In this document: piece by piece, positions 26,473 to 36,510 of the stretch
How positions within the stretch are numbered: position 1 is the first letter of the stretch
How the letters are laid out: every line of letters begins with the position of its first letter
DNA from: Cladosporium halotolerans
Lineage: Eukaryota
Assembly (NCBI RefSeq): GCF_011745625.1
Contig: NW_027191458.1
Span: 62,001 to 126,000, forward strand
DNA length: 64,000 nt
Direction: 5' to 3'
The notes under the pieces: model-generated
The model's database searches: none
What the model saw: the letters and a program-made list of their open reading frames with translations, nothing else
Told to the model about the DNA's origin: nothing
Position numbers and translations under genes: made by a program

Positions 26473-29400
26473 ATGGCGAAGACGCGCTCCCAACCCCCCG
26501 GCTCCGGCCCAAAACCGAAGCCCTCCAAATCGTCAAAACCCGCCGCCAACCGCGCAAAAGACGCCGGCGTATCTCGCAAACGCAGCCAGAATGCTTCCAG
26601 CGCCTCCAACCCCGAGCGCAGACGCCATAACACGCGCCTCGCAAGCGGCGAGTGGCAGGGTCCGGACATGAACAATCTGCCGGATCCGGAAGACATTTTG
26701 CGGAGGGCGAGGAGGGCGGCTGCGAGTACGAGGGCGACGAAGAAGACGAGGAAGTCGGCGGCCGTGAAGCCTGCGAAGGCGAAGGGAAAGGAATCCGCGA
26801 AGAAGGGCAAGGTGGAGGAAGCTTCGGAACCGCAGCGGCAGGAGGAGCAGGAGGAGCAGAAGGAGGCGAAGGAAGATCAGGCGACGGAACCGATTGTGGA
26901 GGGAGAGCAGGAGGAGGCGAAGGAAGATCAGGCGACGGAATCGATTGTGGAGGTAGAGCAGCAGGGAATGGATGAGCTTGAGCTGCCATTGCCTGCGGTC
27001 CCGCAACACGGACCGGTTTCGCAAGACTCGGGACCGCTCGACGACAGTGATCAAGTGCATGATCAAAATGTTGAAGACAATGCAGAACCCGCAGCAAACC
27101 CGGTTGCCAACGGAAATGTTCAAGAAGAAGCCGCCCCTGACGAGCAGGCTACCGTTGAAGAAGCCATCACGAGCAACGGACTCGCATCGCAACCACAGCC
27201 TACCCACAACAGCAATATTACCACGAACGAAGCGTTAAATGAATCTGAAACCGGAGCTCAAATCCCACCACACATCAACGAATCTGTTGCAGATATCCTG
27301 GGGAGACTCGCAGAAAGCAGTCTGTCCGACTCACAGCGATCACCAAGCCATCTGCAGCCGCCGCCGATGCATGAAGCTGAAGCTCCGATCGCCTCGCAGG
27401 TTGCGGGAACTAAGCGTACTTTTGAGGAAGACATCACGTCTGGCTCTGCTGCAAAAATAGCGAGGACTAGCCACGATGATGCGGGACCGACGCAGACCCA
27501 ACCTCAAACGCATGGCCTCACGACTGGAGAGACTTATGCTCCCGCCACTCATGACGAGCCACAGATCAGGCTTCCCTCTGTTCCAAGGACAGCATCGATC
27601 TCTGCACAAAAGGAGTCCCAGGCTCTGCCAAACGATCCTTGCGGAGAGCTGGCTACAAGACTCCAAGACCTGAAGGGTCAGCTCAAAGGAGCACCTCTCG
27701 ACGGGCCAGTACCTCATGGCGAGCTCATGAAACTTAATACAGTTTTCCGAGCGCTGGCGAGCGTTTCAGAAGCCATCAACGAGAACCGAGAATCCCGTGG
27801 ACAACTCGCCCTCTTTTCGCTCTTCCATCCGATGTCTTTGGTCAGGCCAGAGCAAGGCATGACTCCTGTTGTGCGGCCGCGCTTTGACGCTCTAGTGCCG
27901 CTGTTCAGGCCCGGTCAACAGCGACCACACTTCTCTTTGGCTATCCTGCGCCGCAATGGACCACACACGTTCGCTATGGATCACCTTGACGCCAACCCCT
28001 CTTTGCGGGCGGCGTTTAGTCACGAGATGCGAAGTGCCGCTTCGCGGACCTCGATCATTCACTCGGACTGGGCTGGACTTGATGCCACTGAGGACGAGCG
28101 TGAGAGCCTGCTGGGTCCAAGTCAAAACGTTCCGTGGATCTGCGACAGGCTTCACGGGTACAACTGGGCATGTGGCCTCCACGCTGTCCTCAATGGCTGG
28201 GCCTATGCCTTTGGCTGGGAGCTGAACAGCAAAGCTCTTGTCAGTAAAGACGGATTCTACTCGACGGGCATTGATCTGGTCAACCTTGCCGTCCGCGGCC
28301 TTTTAGATCCTCAGACCATCCTCGCCTTCTTCAACTGCTACCAGTACATCCATCCTGACCAAGACATCGCCGTTCTGGAAGGCCGAACTTTCAAGACTAC
28401 CATGGCGTTCGAAACTCTTGAGGCTCTCGATCGACACATCCATATCCTGCTCGGCAACATTCCTCCACCACGCCGACGCGAACCCGCCCCCCAGACCCCT
28501 AGCGCAATCCATGTAGCAAGCCGACCTTCAGCGAACAGCCCTGCCGTCAGCCCGACGCAGAAAACACCCCCGACCAATTACATCGATGAGCTACTGCGAG
28601 GCTTAGAGGGCCCAGGGACTCTGCCAGCGGTAGAGAGGAACGAAGAGCCGCAGCTCTCGCTCCAGGCAGAGAAGCCCCACGGACTTTCCACTGCAGACGG
28701 ACGCACCTTGAGCGACTTCGCTTTCGGCGCCGCAACCACCGAGGCACCCAGGACGTCTATTCCAACCTCCAGCACAGCCGAATGCACCACGCCGAAACCC
28801 CAACACAAACCCTCTACCACGATCGAAGACCCGGAACCAACCAATACCATCGACGACGCCTACGCCGACAGCGCCCGCACACCCAGCGAACCAGGAGAAA
28901 TCACCGCCGAAGACGACGACGACGAAAACTCCACCCTCGACCCCGCCACCCGCGAAGCAAACCTCCACGCCGCCGCCCTCGCCACCCTAAGCACCAACGC
29001 CCCCGAGCGCTTCGGCTGGAACGGACGGGTGCTCAAAGACCCGCCAAAACCGCTCTCCTCTTTCTCTGCACAGCAGCAGCAGCAAAAGGAGCAGCAACCA
29101 ACAACGACACTCGCGCCACCACCAAACCGCGAGTCCTCCGTCGAGCTCCTAGACTCCGCCGACGAAGCGCTCTTCGACTCCCACCCACCCTCTCCCTCAC
29201 CGCCTCCCCAGCCGCTACCCGACTCAGCAGACGACGAAGAAGACCTCTACGCGGCCCCCACGCCACCCCACACCTCCTCCCTCGCGCTCCCCTTCCCTCC
29301 CGCGCCCGCCGCGCCGCCCGCGCCAGTCGCGCACATGACGCCTCCGCCGCGGCAGCCGTCGGTCGTAGTGACGCCGCCTGGCGGGGGGCAGGCGCGGCCG

Positions 29401-29847
29401 ATATTCACGGCTGAGGGGGAGGACAGGGCGGAGCTGGAGGCGAAGTTGAAGGCGTTGAAGAAAAATTCTGGGTTTTTGGGGGTGCCGGAGGAGGTGTGGG
29501 AGGAGCAGGAGGAGGGGGATTTCGAGGGGTTGTATGATGAGGAGGGGGATGGGGACGGTGGTAAGCAGGCTAAGGTGGAAGATGACGGCGAGGAGGACCT
29601 GTATGGAGATGGGAATGGGGATGAGGCGGGAGAGGTGGAAGAAGCTGAAGTTGCAGACGTCGAGCAGCAGGAGCCGCAGAGCGATCAGCCTACGACGGAG
29701 TTGGAGTCGCCGTGGAATCCGAACTCCCACGAAGACGAGGACGCGTGGGCTGAATTTGATCGGAATGCAGGAGGACCTTGGGGTGATGACGCAGAGTTTG
29801 AGATCAACGAAGAGGAGTACGAAGGGAAGGACTTGGGAGACTTTTGA
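26473..29847 (+). CDS. Hypothetical 1124-aa largely disordered protein with a central Ulp1/C48-like cysteine protease-type domain
   Basis: Long ORF with a basic N-terminus and acidic C-terminus. The central ordered segment has H(FSLAIL)...D(HLDAN)...C(GLHAVLNGWA) in the order of the C48 triad. Confidence 0.7.
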   Translation: MAKTRSQPPGSGPKPKPSKSSKPAANRAKDAGVSRKRSQNASSASNPERRRHNTRLASGEWQGPDMNNLPDPEDILRRARRAAASTRATKKTRKSAAVKPAKAKGKESAKKGKVEEASEPQRQEEQEEQKEAKEDQATEPIVEGEQEEAKEDQATESIVEVEQQGMDELELPLPAVPQHGPVSQDSGPLDDSDQVHDQNVEDNAEPAANPVANGNVQEEAAPDEQATVEEAITSNGLASQPQPTHNSNITTNEALNESETGAQIPPHINESVADILGRLAESSLSDSQRSPSHLQPPPMHEAEAPIASQVAGTKRTFEEDITSGSAAKIARTSHDDAGPTQTQPQTHGLTTGETYAPATHDEPQIRLPSVPRTASISAQKESQALPNDPCGELATRLQDLKGQLKGAPLDGPVPHGELMKLNTVFRALASVSEAINENRESRGQLALFSLFHPMSLVRPEQGMTPVVRPRFDALVPLFRPGQQRPHFSLAILRRNGPHTFAMDHLDANPSLRAAFSHEMRSAASRTSIIHSDWAGLDATEDERESLLGPSQNVPWICDRLHGYNWACGLHAVLNGWAYAFGWELNSKALVSKDGFYSTGIDLVNLAVRGLLDPQTILAFFNCYQYIHPDQDIAVLEGRTFKTTMAFETLEALDRHIHILLGNIPPPRRREPAPQTPSAIHVASRPSANSPAVSPTQKTPPTNYIDELLRGLEGPGTLPAVERNEEPQLSLQAEKPHGLSTADGRTLSDFAFGAATTEAPRTSIPTSSTAECTTPKPQHKPSTTIEDPEPTNTIDDAYADSARTPSEPGEITAEDDDDENSTLDPATREANLHAAALATLSTNAPERFGWNGRVLKDPPKPLSSFSAQQQQQKEQQPTTTLAPPPNRESSVELLDSADEALFDSHPPSPSPPPQPLPDSADDEEDLYAAPTPPHTSSLALPFPPAPAAPPAPVAHMTPPPRQPSVVVTPPGGGQARPIFTAEGEDRAELEAKLKALKKNSGFLGVPEEVWEEQEEGDFEGLYDEEGDGDGGKQAKVEDDGEEDLYGDGNGDEAGEVEEAEVADVEQQEPQSDQPTTELESPWNPNSHEDEDAWAEFDRNAGGPWGDDAEFEINEEEYEGKDLGDF
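26843..26962 (+). repeat. Imperfect coding tandem repeat (EQ-EEAKEDQATEP/SIVE x2)
   Basis: AGGAGGCGAAGGAAGATCAGGCGACGGAA(C/T)CGATTGTGGAGG occurs twice, 51 bp apart. Confidence 0.8.
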
Positions 29848-30367
29848 TGAAGGGCACTAGAAATGATCCGAGTAATGTTAATGAATCGATCTATCATGTG
29901 TTGTACGGAGAAGCTGGCTAGCTATGCTGTACCCCGTGGGTATTTAGAGGATAATTTCCACAAGACGACCACTCCCGTTTCTCGGTGTCGTATTGCCTTT
30001 CCAGTGTGTTCGTAACCAACGAGGAAATCACTTAGACCCCCTGAACCGCCTACGTGGCAGACGAGGGTGTTTCGTGTTTCCTGAAAGAAGCTTTTTGACG
30101 TGACGAGCGAGCCTCTCGCACGACTTGTGGGCATGAAGTATGATACGGCCAGCTTCTCGCTTGGTCTCCTAGAGTCTTGGGGAGGCGCGCCGTTGTTCGC
30201 TATACATGACCCCAGGTACGACTTTGCTGTTTAGTTGGTAGTGCTCACTGTTTGCCCCGGCGAACACTTTCATATCGTGAGCTCTATTTCCTGCGAGATG
30301 AGAATTCTCGGCGGTTTGGTCCTTAGTGTGACCGTCAGAGACGCCAGACCCGTCATGTTTGAGACTT

Positions 30368-31711
30368 CTAATCATCGAACTTGATGCCCTTGGGGGCCAG
30401 ATCGATGGCGCCGCCACGGTAGGAGCCTGAGAGGAGGTTAGTCAAGAATTCAATGATACTGGAAAAGTGATTGGATTGCAACTGTAACTTACCCCTCTTC
30501 TTCTTGTTCTTCTCCTTGGTAAACCCTTTGCCCTTAGTGACGATCAGGTCGCGGTGGGCTCTCTCAGCGTAGTCGTACGGGACGTAGGCGTTGCTTCCGA
30601 ACTTGGGGTCGACATATTGGTCGGCAGAGATGCGGGAGAAGGGGACGTTCTGCTTCTTGCCGTTCTTGGTGGTAACGGTGGTGACAGCAGCTGCGGCCTT
30701 GGGCTTGCCGCCGTCGATCATAGCGAGACGGGCCGGGTGCATGCCGCCGTTAGAGTCCTCCGCAGACGTAGTCTCAGCAGAGGTATCGGCAGAGGTGGTA
30801 GGAGCGGCCTCAGGAGAAGGGCGGCCGAGAGTGGCAGATGATGATGAGTGATCGCTTGCGGGCTTCTTGCTCTTCTTCTTGTCGTCCTTCTTGTTGTCCT
30901 TCTCCTCGTCCTTCTTCACGTCTTTCTTCACGTCTTTCTTCTCGTCCTTCTTGTCGCCCTTCTTGTCGCCCTTCTTCTTGACATCCTTCTTCGGCGCAGG
31001 CTCAGCCTCGCTCTCGCTAGAAGACTCACTGCTGCTGGAGTCACTTTCGCTAGAGGAGCTGGCAGAGCTGGAATCGCTGCTGGAATCGCTGCTGGAGTCG
31101 CTCTTGTCCTTCTTCACGACCTTGGCTTTCTTCGCTGGAGGAGCATCGCTTTCAGATGACGAGTCGCTGTCGGAGGATGAATCCGAAGAGGAGTCGGAGC
31201 TCGAAGCGCTGGAGGATGACGGGGTAGGAGAGCGCTTGCGCTTGATAGTCTTGGCCTTGGGCTTCTTCTCGGCCTCACTCTCAGGACTGCTGTCAGAGCC
31301 ATCGTCGGAGGAGACGGCGGCCTTGATGTCGAGGATCATTTCTTCGTCGGAGTCGGAGTCGGAATCGGAGGAAGAAGAATCGGACGAGGAGTCGGAGTCG
31401 TCGCTCTCACTGTCGGAAGAGGCGCTAGAGCTGTCGTCGTTGACTGCGGCCTTGCTTCCCTTCTTGCTCTGCCAGTCGTGCCACAGCTGGGTCAGAGCCG
31501 GAACAGAGCCATCCTCAATTGTCTTCTTGAATGCCTTGGTATCAATCTCAAATCCATCGCCCTTCGCCTCTTTCTCAATCGCCTTGAGCGTCTTCTTGAA
31601 GCCGATCGCAGACAGGAAATCGGCGACCTGGTTGAGAACATCGTTCACCTTAGGAGCCGAAGCGTCGCCGAAGGTCCAGACATCGTCGCCGAGCTGTTGG
31701 TTTGCAGCCAT
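30368..31711 (-). CDS. SRP40: Nucleolar phosphoprotein Srp40/Nopp140; intron 30492-30427
   Basis: LisH-like N-terminus, Ser/Asp and Lys tracts, and the C-terminal SRP40 domain NVPFSRI...DLIVTKGKGFTKEKNKKKRG-SYRGGAID. Intron is GTAAGT..CTAAC..CAG (66 nt). Confidence 0.93.
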   Translation of the reverse strand: MAANQQLGDDVWTFGDASAPKVNDVLNQVADFLSAIGFKKTLKAIEKEAKGDGFEIDTKAFKKTIEDGSVPALTQLWHDWQSKKGSKAAVNDDSSSASSDSESDDSDSSSDSSSSDSDSDSDEEMILDIKAAVSSDDGSDSSPESEAEKKPKAKTIKRKRSPTPSSSSASSSDSSSDSSSDSDSSSESDAPPAKKAKVVKKDKSDSSSDSSSDSSSASSSSESDSSSSESSSESEAEPAPKKDVKKKGDKKGDKKDEKKDVKKDVKKDEEKDNKKDDKKKSKKPASDHSSSSATLGRPSPEAAPTTSADTSAETTSAEDSNGGMHPARLAMIDGGKPKAAAAVTTVTTKNGKKQNVPFSRISADQYVDPKFGSNAYVPYDYAERAHRDLIVTKGKGFTKEKNKKKRGKLQLQSNHFSSIIEFLTNLLSGSYRGGAIDLAPKGIKFDD

Positions 31712-32308
31712 CTTGCCGGTGGATGCGGAGTGTGAGGTGGTTGTCGTCGGTGGGTCGGTATGTGCGACTTGGAGGCAGAAAGCGCGGTCTTGCCTCGAAA
31801 AATTTGTGGATCGGCGCTAGCGCAGCGCCTCTCCGCGATGCAGGCACGGCAGGGTCCATTTTTGACATGTGGGCGGCAATGAGCCGCGCTATCGTCTGAA
31901 GTGAACGGTGCCATGGGTGCACGTGTTAATCATCAGATGACTTCCTCATTCGTTTGACATAGCGAAGCTCGCTGCGCGACATCAGTGAAAACTTCATCAG
32001 TGAGCATTTATAATGGAGAGAAGTAACTTCCATGTGACAAGGGAAGGCGGTTTTCATGCGCAATGCAATTACTATTAATCTATCACCAAATTTCTAAGAC
32101 GTCCAAAGGCCCCAGTCTCTACTTTCGGCTTATCATTTGCAATAGCGGACAGTCATCCAAGCCAAAACTCATAAGCGATCGATAGGGCAATAAGAGACCC
32201 AAACTCCATTCATATGCATCATTAAAACATCGTTCGCATGTGATCATACGATTCAGATGCCATCAATCAAACTCCAAACGATCTCTGATCAACCGGCATT
32301 GGCACAGC

Positions 32309-32650
32309 TCAATGTCCACCAAAGCCCGGTCCGAAAACAATCTCTCCCTTCAGACATTGCGTGCCAGCAGCGACTCGCTGGAACTTGACTTCGCCCCAGT
32401 TGCAAAGACCCCATTGCTCGGGGCCATTACAGACGAGTTTGCCATCGATCGGGCAGGGTGCACTGCCTACGGGACGTGGGACAGGGACAGCGACTGGCAT
32501 CGGTACGCCTGAGGGAGCAGCGTATCCGCCTTGTGGAGAGCCAGTGCCGGTTGCGAAAGGCGCCGGAACGGCGTCTGCTTTTGCGGATTGAATGGGAGAG
32601 GCGGTGGCGAGGGCAGTGAGACCAGCGAGTAGGATGACAGTGGCGTGCAT
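32309..32650 (-). CDS. Small secreted Cys-containing protein (113 aa) with a CBM19-like C-terminal module
   Basis: Signal peptide MHATVILLAGLTALATA-SP, a Pro-rich linker, then CPIDGKLVCNGPEQWGLCNWG...VAAGTQCLKGEI with 4 Cys. TATA-like TATATGA upstream. Confidence 0.8.
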   Translation of the reverse strand: MHATVILLAGLTALATASPIQSAKADAVPAPFATGTGSPQGGYAAPSGVPMPVAVPVPRPVGSAPCPIDGKLVCNGPEQWGLCNWGEVKFQRVAAGTQCLKGEIVFGPGFGGH

Positions 32651-34311
32651 GCTGGTCTTGTGGGATATCGTTATGCTTTTGCTCGAAGTTTGATGCTGTA
32701 GCGACCGTTGATATAGTGGTACACCGATGATTGTTTGAGCCTGGTTGGTGGATTGAGAAGAGTGTATCGTGGGAGACCGAAGCATCATATATCAAGTGTC
32801 GTGAGGGACTGAAATAGCAATAGACCCAAGTGCACACGCAATCAACCTACCACACAGCCCAACACAAGGCCCCCATCAGCAAGCCGCCACATGCTGTAGG
32901 GCTGAGCTGGGACATGCAGAGCCTCCTGCGATCGTCATCCGATGGCGTGAGTAAGATTCTTCTATCATCACTCGGCTGTGCAACGCGCACTCATAAGAAG
33001 CTTTGAAGTAGTGTCAATCGTGGCTGTGTAGCGAAAACTGAAGGCCACGACAAGACGCCACAAGGACACACGTACAGCTGCGGCCTCGGCAACTTTACCG
33101 AGGATCTGTAGAGACACGCATAACACAGGTCGTGCTTATGCAAAGAGCACTGCAAAGGATAGCCTGGTTTGATGGTCGGGAGGTAGAGATGTGAGCACGG
33201 CAGTTCCGCCACGCCGCCTGCGACGAGTGAGGCTGAGCGAGCCAAGGAAGGTCGGTCTGTCAGGTTCCGGAGTGCCGACCCCCATGCAAGGCTCACTGGC
33301 ACACCCAACATCCTGCCACTCCTGCTCATCGACAAATGACTTCTGTTGCTGCGTACGCTTCCACGTAAAAGGCGCGCCCATCGGGTAAGCGCAGATTTCA
33401 CGTGACGAAATGATCAAAATGGAACGCAGCTTCGTTTCAGTGATTTCCGTGACGCGTCAAGTCTTCGGGAATTTGTGAATGCTGCACGCTTATACTAAAG
33501 ATCAAAAGATGCCGTCGGTATATGACTATGGTCACGATTGATGGAGGTGAATGGAAAGGTACCAGGGACGACGATAAGCCTTACTTGGTTAAATCAACCT
33601 GTGATATCCCCACCTGCTCGGCGTTCGAGCGGGAAAAGAGGTCACTTGTCATGGCGAGGCCGGCCTTACTCCTCCATTAGGTACCTGGGTACGGTCTTTG
33701 GCATTATGCGAGCCTTGCTGATCACACGGCTAGCGCGCATGGCTTCTAAACAACTTTGGAAAGGGAGATGCTAGGTTCTCGAAACAGACCACACCTCTCG
33801 TTTACTGGTCCAAGGTCAGGAGAGGAAACTCAGTACTGATCCTCATCAATGTTGCTCGTTTGAATCACTGTCGATAAGCCTGGCGCAGAATTCTCATGAT
33901 CTCGTTTCGTCTGATTCATCCGACCCAGCGTCCGCCATGTGGGGTTTAATGGAGGCCAGCCCTTGTCGATTCTCCTGGGTTAGGCTCAAGTGTTCTGGTG
34001 TCTCGAGAATTGCAGCCGATGAAGACTGGAAATATGACCGCATCCGCTGCATGCCCAGAAATCGTGCTGATTACCCCAAGCAATCGTCGAGGCCATCAGT
34101 CATTCTTCCGTTGAGTGTTGCATACAGTGCTTGCCCTTTATGCCCAAGTTTCGATGCATTGGCGCTTGTTGTTCCACAAACGCAACTGAACGTCCCGTCC
34201 CACGTAGCCATGCATGTACCACTTTCTGCGGCTGTGAGTTGCCAGCGCTTTTTGTCTCAAGCCCGCGCGAGACATGCTCATGTCCGGATGTAAACATCAG
34301 CTCAAAGCTTT

Positions 34312-34980
34312 CTAGTTGCCCTTGTTCTTCCTGACCTCTTCCGCAACTTTCCTAGCACCCTCCACAATCAATCCGTGCTCGACAGTGTGTATCCTCTCCT
34401 CCAGCTCAGCCAAAGACTTGCACCCTTCCATGTCGACCTCTCGCTGGCAGATTGGCTCACCCTCATCCACAGCAGCAATGACATAGTGTACCATCACACC
34501 AGTCTTCGTTCTCTTGCCCTCCTCGAACTCCTTCCACGCCCTCTCAATGCATCCCGCTCCGACCAAGTCACCGTGCAACGCAGGATGCAGATTGATAATC
34601 TTAACGCCTGCCTTCTCTAGCGGCTCCAGGAATTTGCCCGTCAGAATTCGCATGAATCCAGCGCAGACGACAAGGTCCGGCCTGTCTTGCAGCACCAGCG
34701 CAGCAAGATCAGCGTCGTAGGCTTCGCGTGCACTCTGGAAGGCCGGGCTGCCGCTGGGGTCGGGGAAGCGCTTCTTGTAAGGCAAAATGCCAAGTGTCGA
34801 GGTCGGAATGCCGGCGGCTGTCGCTCTTTGCAGACCGTAGGCGGATGCTCGGTCGGAGATGACTCGTGTGAAGGTATTGTTTGGGAGAGTGGGCGGGGTG
34901 CTCGTTTTGGCATTGATGAGGGCTTGCAGGTTGCTGCCAGAACCGGAAATAAGGACTGCAATCTTCGCGGGAGAAGACAT
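34312..34980 (-). CDS. ADE8: Phosphoribosylglycinamide formyltransferase
   Basis: Motifs IAVLISGSGSNLQALI, DLVVCAGFMRIL, INLHPAL and TGVMVHYV..VDEGEPI. Confidence 0.95.
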   Translation of the reverse strand: MSSPAKIAVLISGSGSNLQALINAKTSTPPTLPNNTFTRVISDRASAYGLQRATAAGIPTSTLGILPYKKRFPDPSGSPAFQSAREAYDADLAALVLQDRPDLVVCAGFMRILTGKFLEPLEKAGVKIINLHPALHGDLVGAGCIERAWKEFEEGKRTKTGVMVHYVIAAVDEGEPICQREVDMEGCKSLAELEERIHTVEHGLIVEGARKVAEEVRKNKGN

Positions 34981-35386
34981 TTTGCGTTGTTGCAGGATGT
35001 CGTACGTGTGCAGTCTTGTTATGCTTTCCAGTGTTTCTCCAAAATCTCGGAGGGGTAACAATCTCCCCACCAAAGGTTTTGGTGACTGGGCGAGTTAGGG
35101 CCGAACAAGCTCGCGGGCCGCGCCGTCGTCTGGGGCCGCACATGAGGCACTAGCCACCAATGTCTAGCGTGTCATGACCGCGAGGTGTCAATCAATGACG
35201 TCCACCGTTGCTAAATGGTGCGTCGTGATTAACAAACAGACCAGGTAGGTGTTTATATCACCGCTGCGGCGTCGGATCTCGCGCTCTCTTTCTTTTTTTA
35301 TTCTTTCCTCAATCCCATTGAATTACGACCATTGTCTCAAACCGCAACATCCACTTGACATTACACCAATCGAGCAGATCGCCCCA

Positions 35387-35895
35387 ATGTCTCACTTCAC
35401 TACCCGGAATATGCTCCTAGCCGCTGGCGGTCTCGGTGCTTTAGCGATGTTCTTTCCTAGAACTGCGAAGACCGTATCATCAAAGGAGTGAGTATGAACT
35501 GCCAATCACATGGTTCGGGTCTATCTTGCTGACGTCACATCCAGCAGCATCTTCGAGACACAAGGTGTGAAGAACGTCGGCTCCAGATACGCTGCGCAAG
35601 GTGGCTCAAACACTCATCAGCCTGGCGTGGCTACCCCTAGAGGTATGCGACAACTTATTGTCATGTCCCCCTTCTATACATGAGCATGAACTTGTGCCAC
35701 CTGAAGAAGTCTATTCTGACCCAGAATCTCTCGAAATTAGGCAACCCAGACAACACGATCTCATACCAAGAGCACGAAAAGGGACTCGCAACACCGCCTT
35801 TCGAGAACTCGCAGTCCGATCAGAAAGTTGGATACTCCAGCGCCCCTGCCGCTCAGTTTTACAAGGCTACTGCCGGCAATGAGAAGGGCAAATAA
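35387..35895 (+). CDS. Small hypothetical protein with an N-terminal hydrophobic segment; exons 35387-35487, 35545-35642, 35741-35895
   Basis: Two canonical introns (GTGAGT..CTGAC..CAG and GTATGC..CTGAC..TAG) join an open frame MSHFTTRNMLLAAGGLGALAMFF...FETQGVKNVGSRYAAQGG...PGVATPRG-NPD...GNEKGK*. TTTATAT upstream. Confidence 0.75.
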
Positions 35896-36510
35896 AGGAC
35901 GCATCACTTTCGGGGAATCTTGCGCTTTGACATGAAACACTCAGCGGGAACACTCGCATATGTACGATGTATGATGGACATGATGGAAGGGAGTTGGAAG
36001 AACCAGCTTTGACTATTACGGGCGTTTACGACTATTGTTCTTTCTACAGCCCGGGTTCCTTCGTTTGTTAAAATAAGATTCTGTGGCGCATGCAGACGTT
36101 CACTCATCCGAAAATACGAGGCAACTTCATACTACTGCGAGTGGAATCTGTAGTTTCGTGTCGCCCCAGAATGTGAGAAGCACAGTATCCGACCTGCCTC
36201 TGATATCTTCAAATTTGCGCTGTAATAAATAGTACCGTCACCTTTCCACTATCGAGGAAAAGCTTTCACCTGGCGAAGGGAGAACAGTGGCTGCCTGTGT
36301 AATCAGACTACTTGACAGCTACCTCATTGACACCCGCCATGCAGGCTGCACGACATCTAAAGCCGCAGACACAGCCTGCCTGCGCCTCGTGTGGGGCTAT
36401 TCAGCTTCAGTCCTGCGCTGTCACCAACATAATCTTCGCTTTTGTGCACTTACTCTTTGACTCTACTTGCAATCTGCCAATCTCTCGGGGGTATCATTAC
36501 CACTTCCGAC

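Noticed and set aside
32850..34300. Short ORFs in the interval between the secreted protein and ADE8
   Set aside because: No recognisable domains, codon bias or splice-supported model.
34981..35073. In-frame upstream extension of ADE8
   Set aside because: Short, contains several acidic residues, has no ATG and does not look like a targeting peptide.
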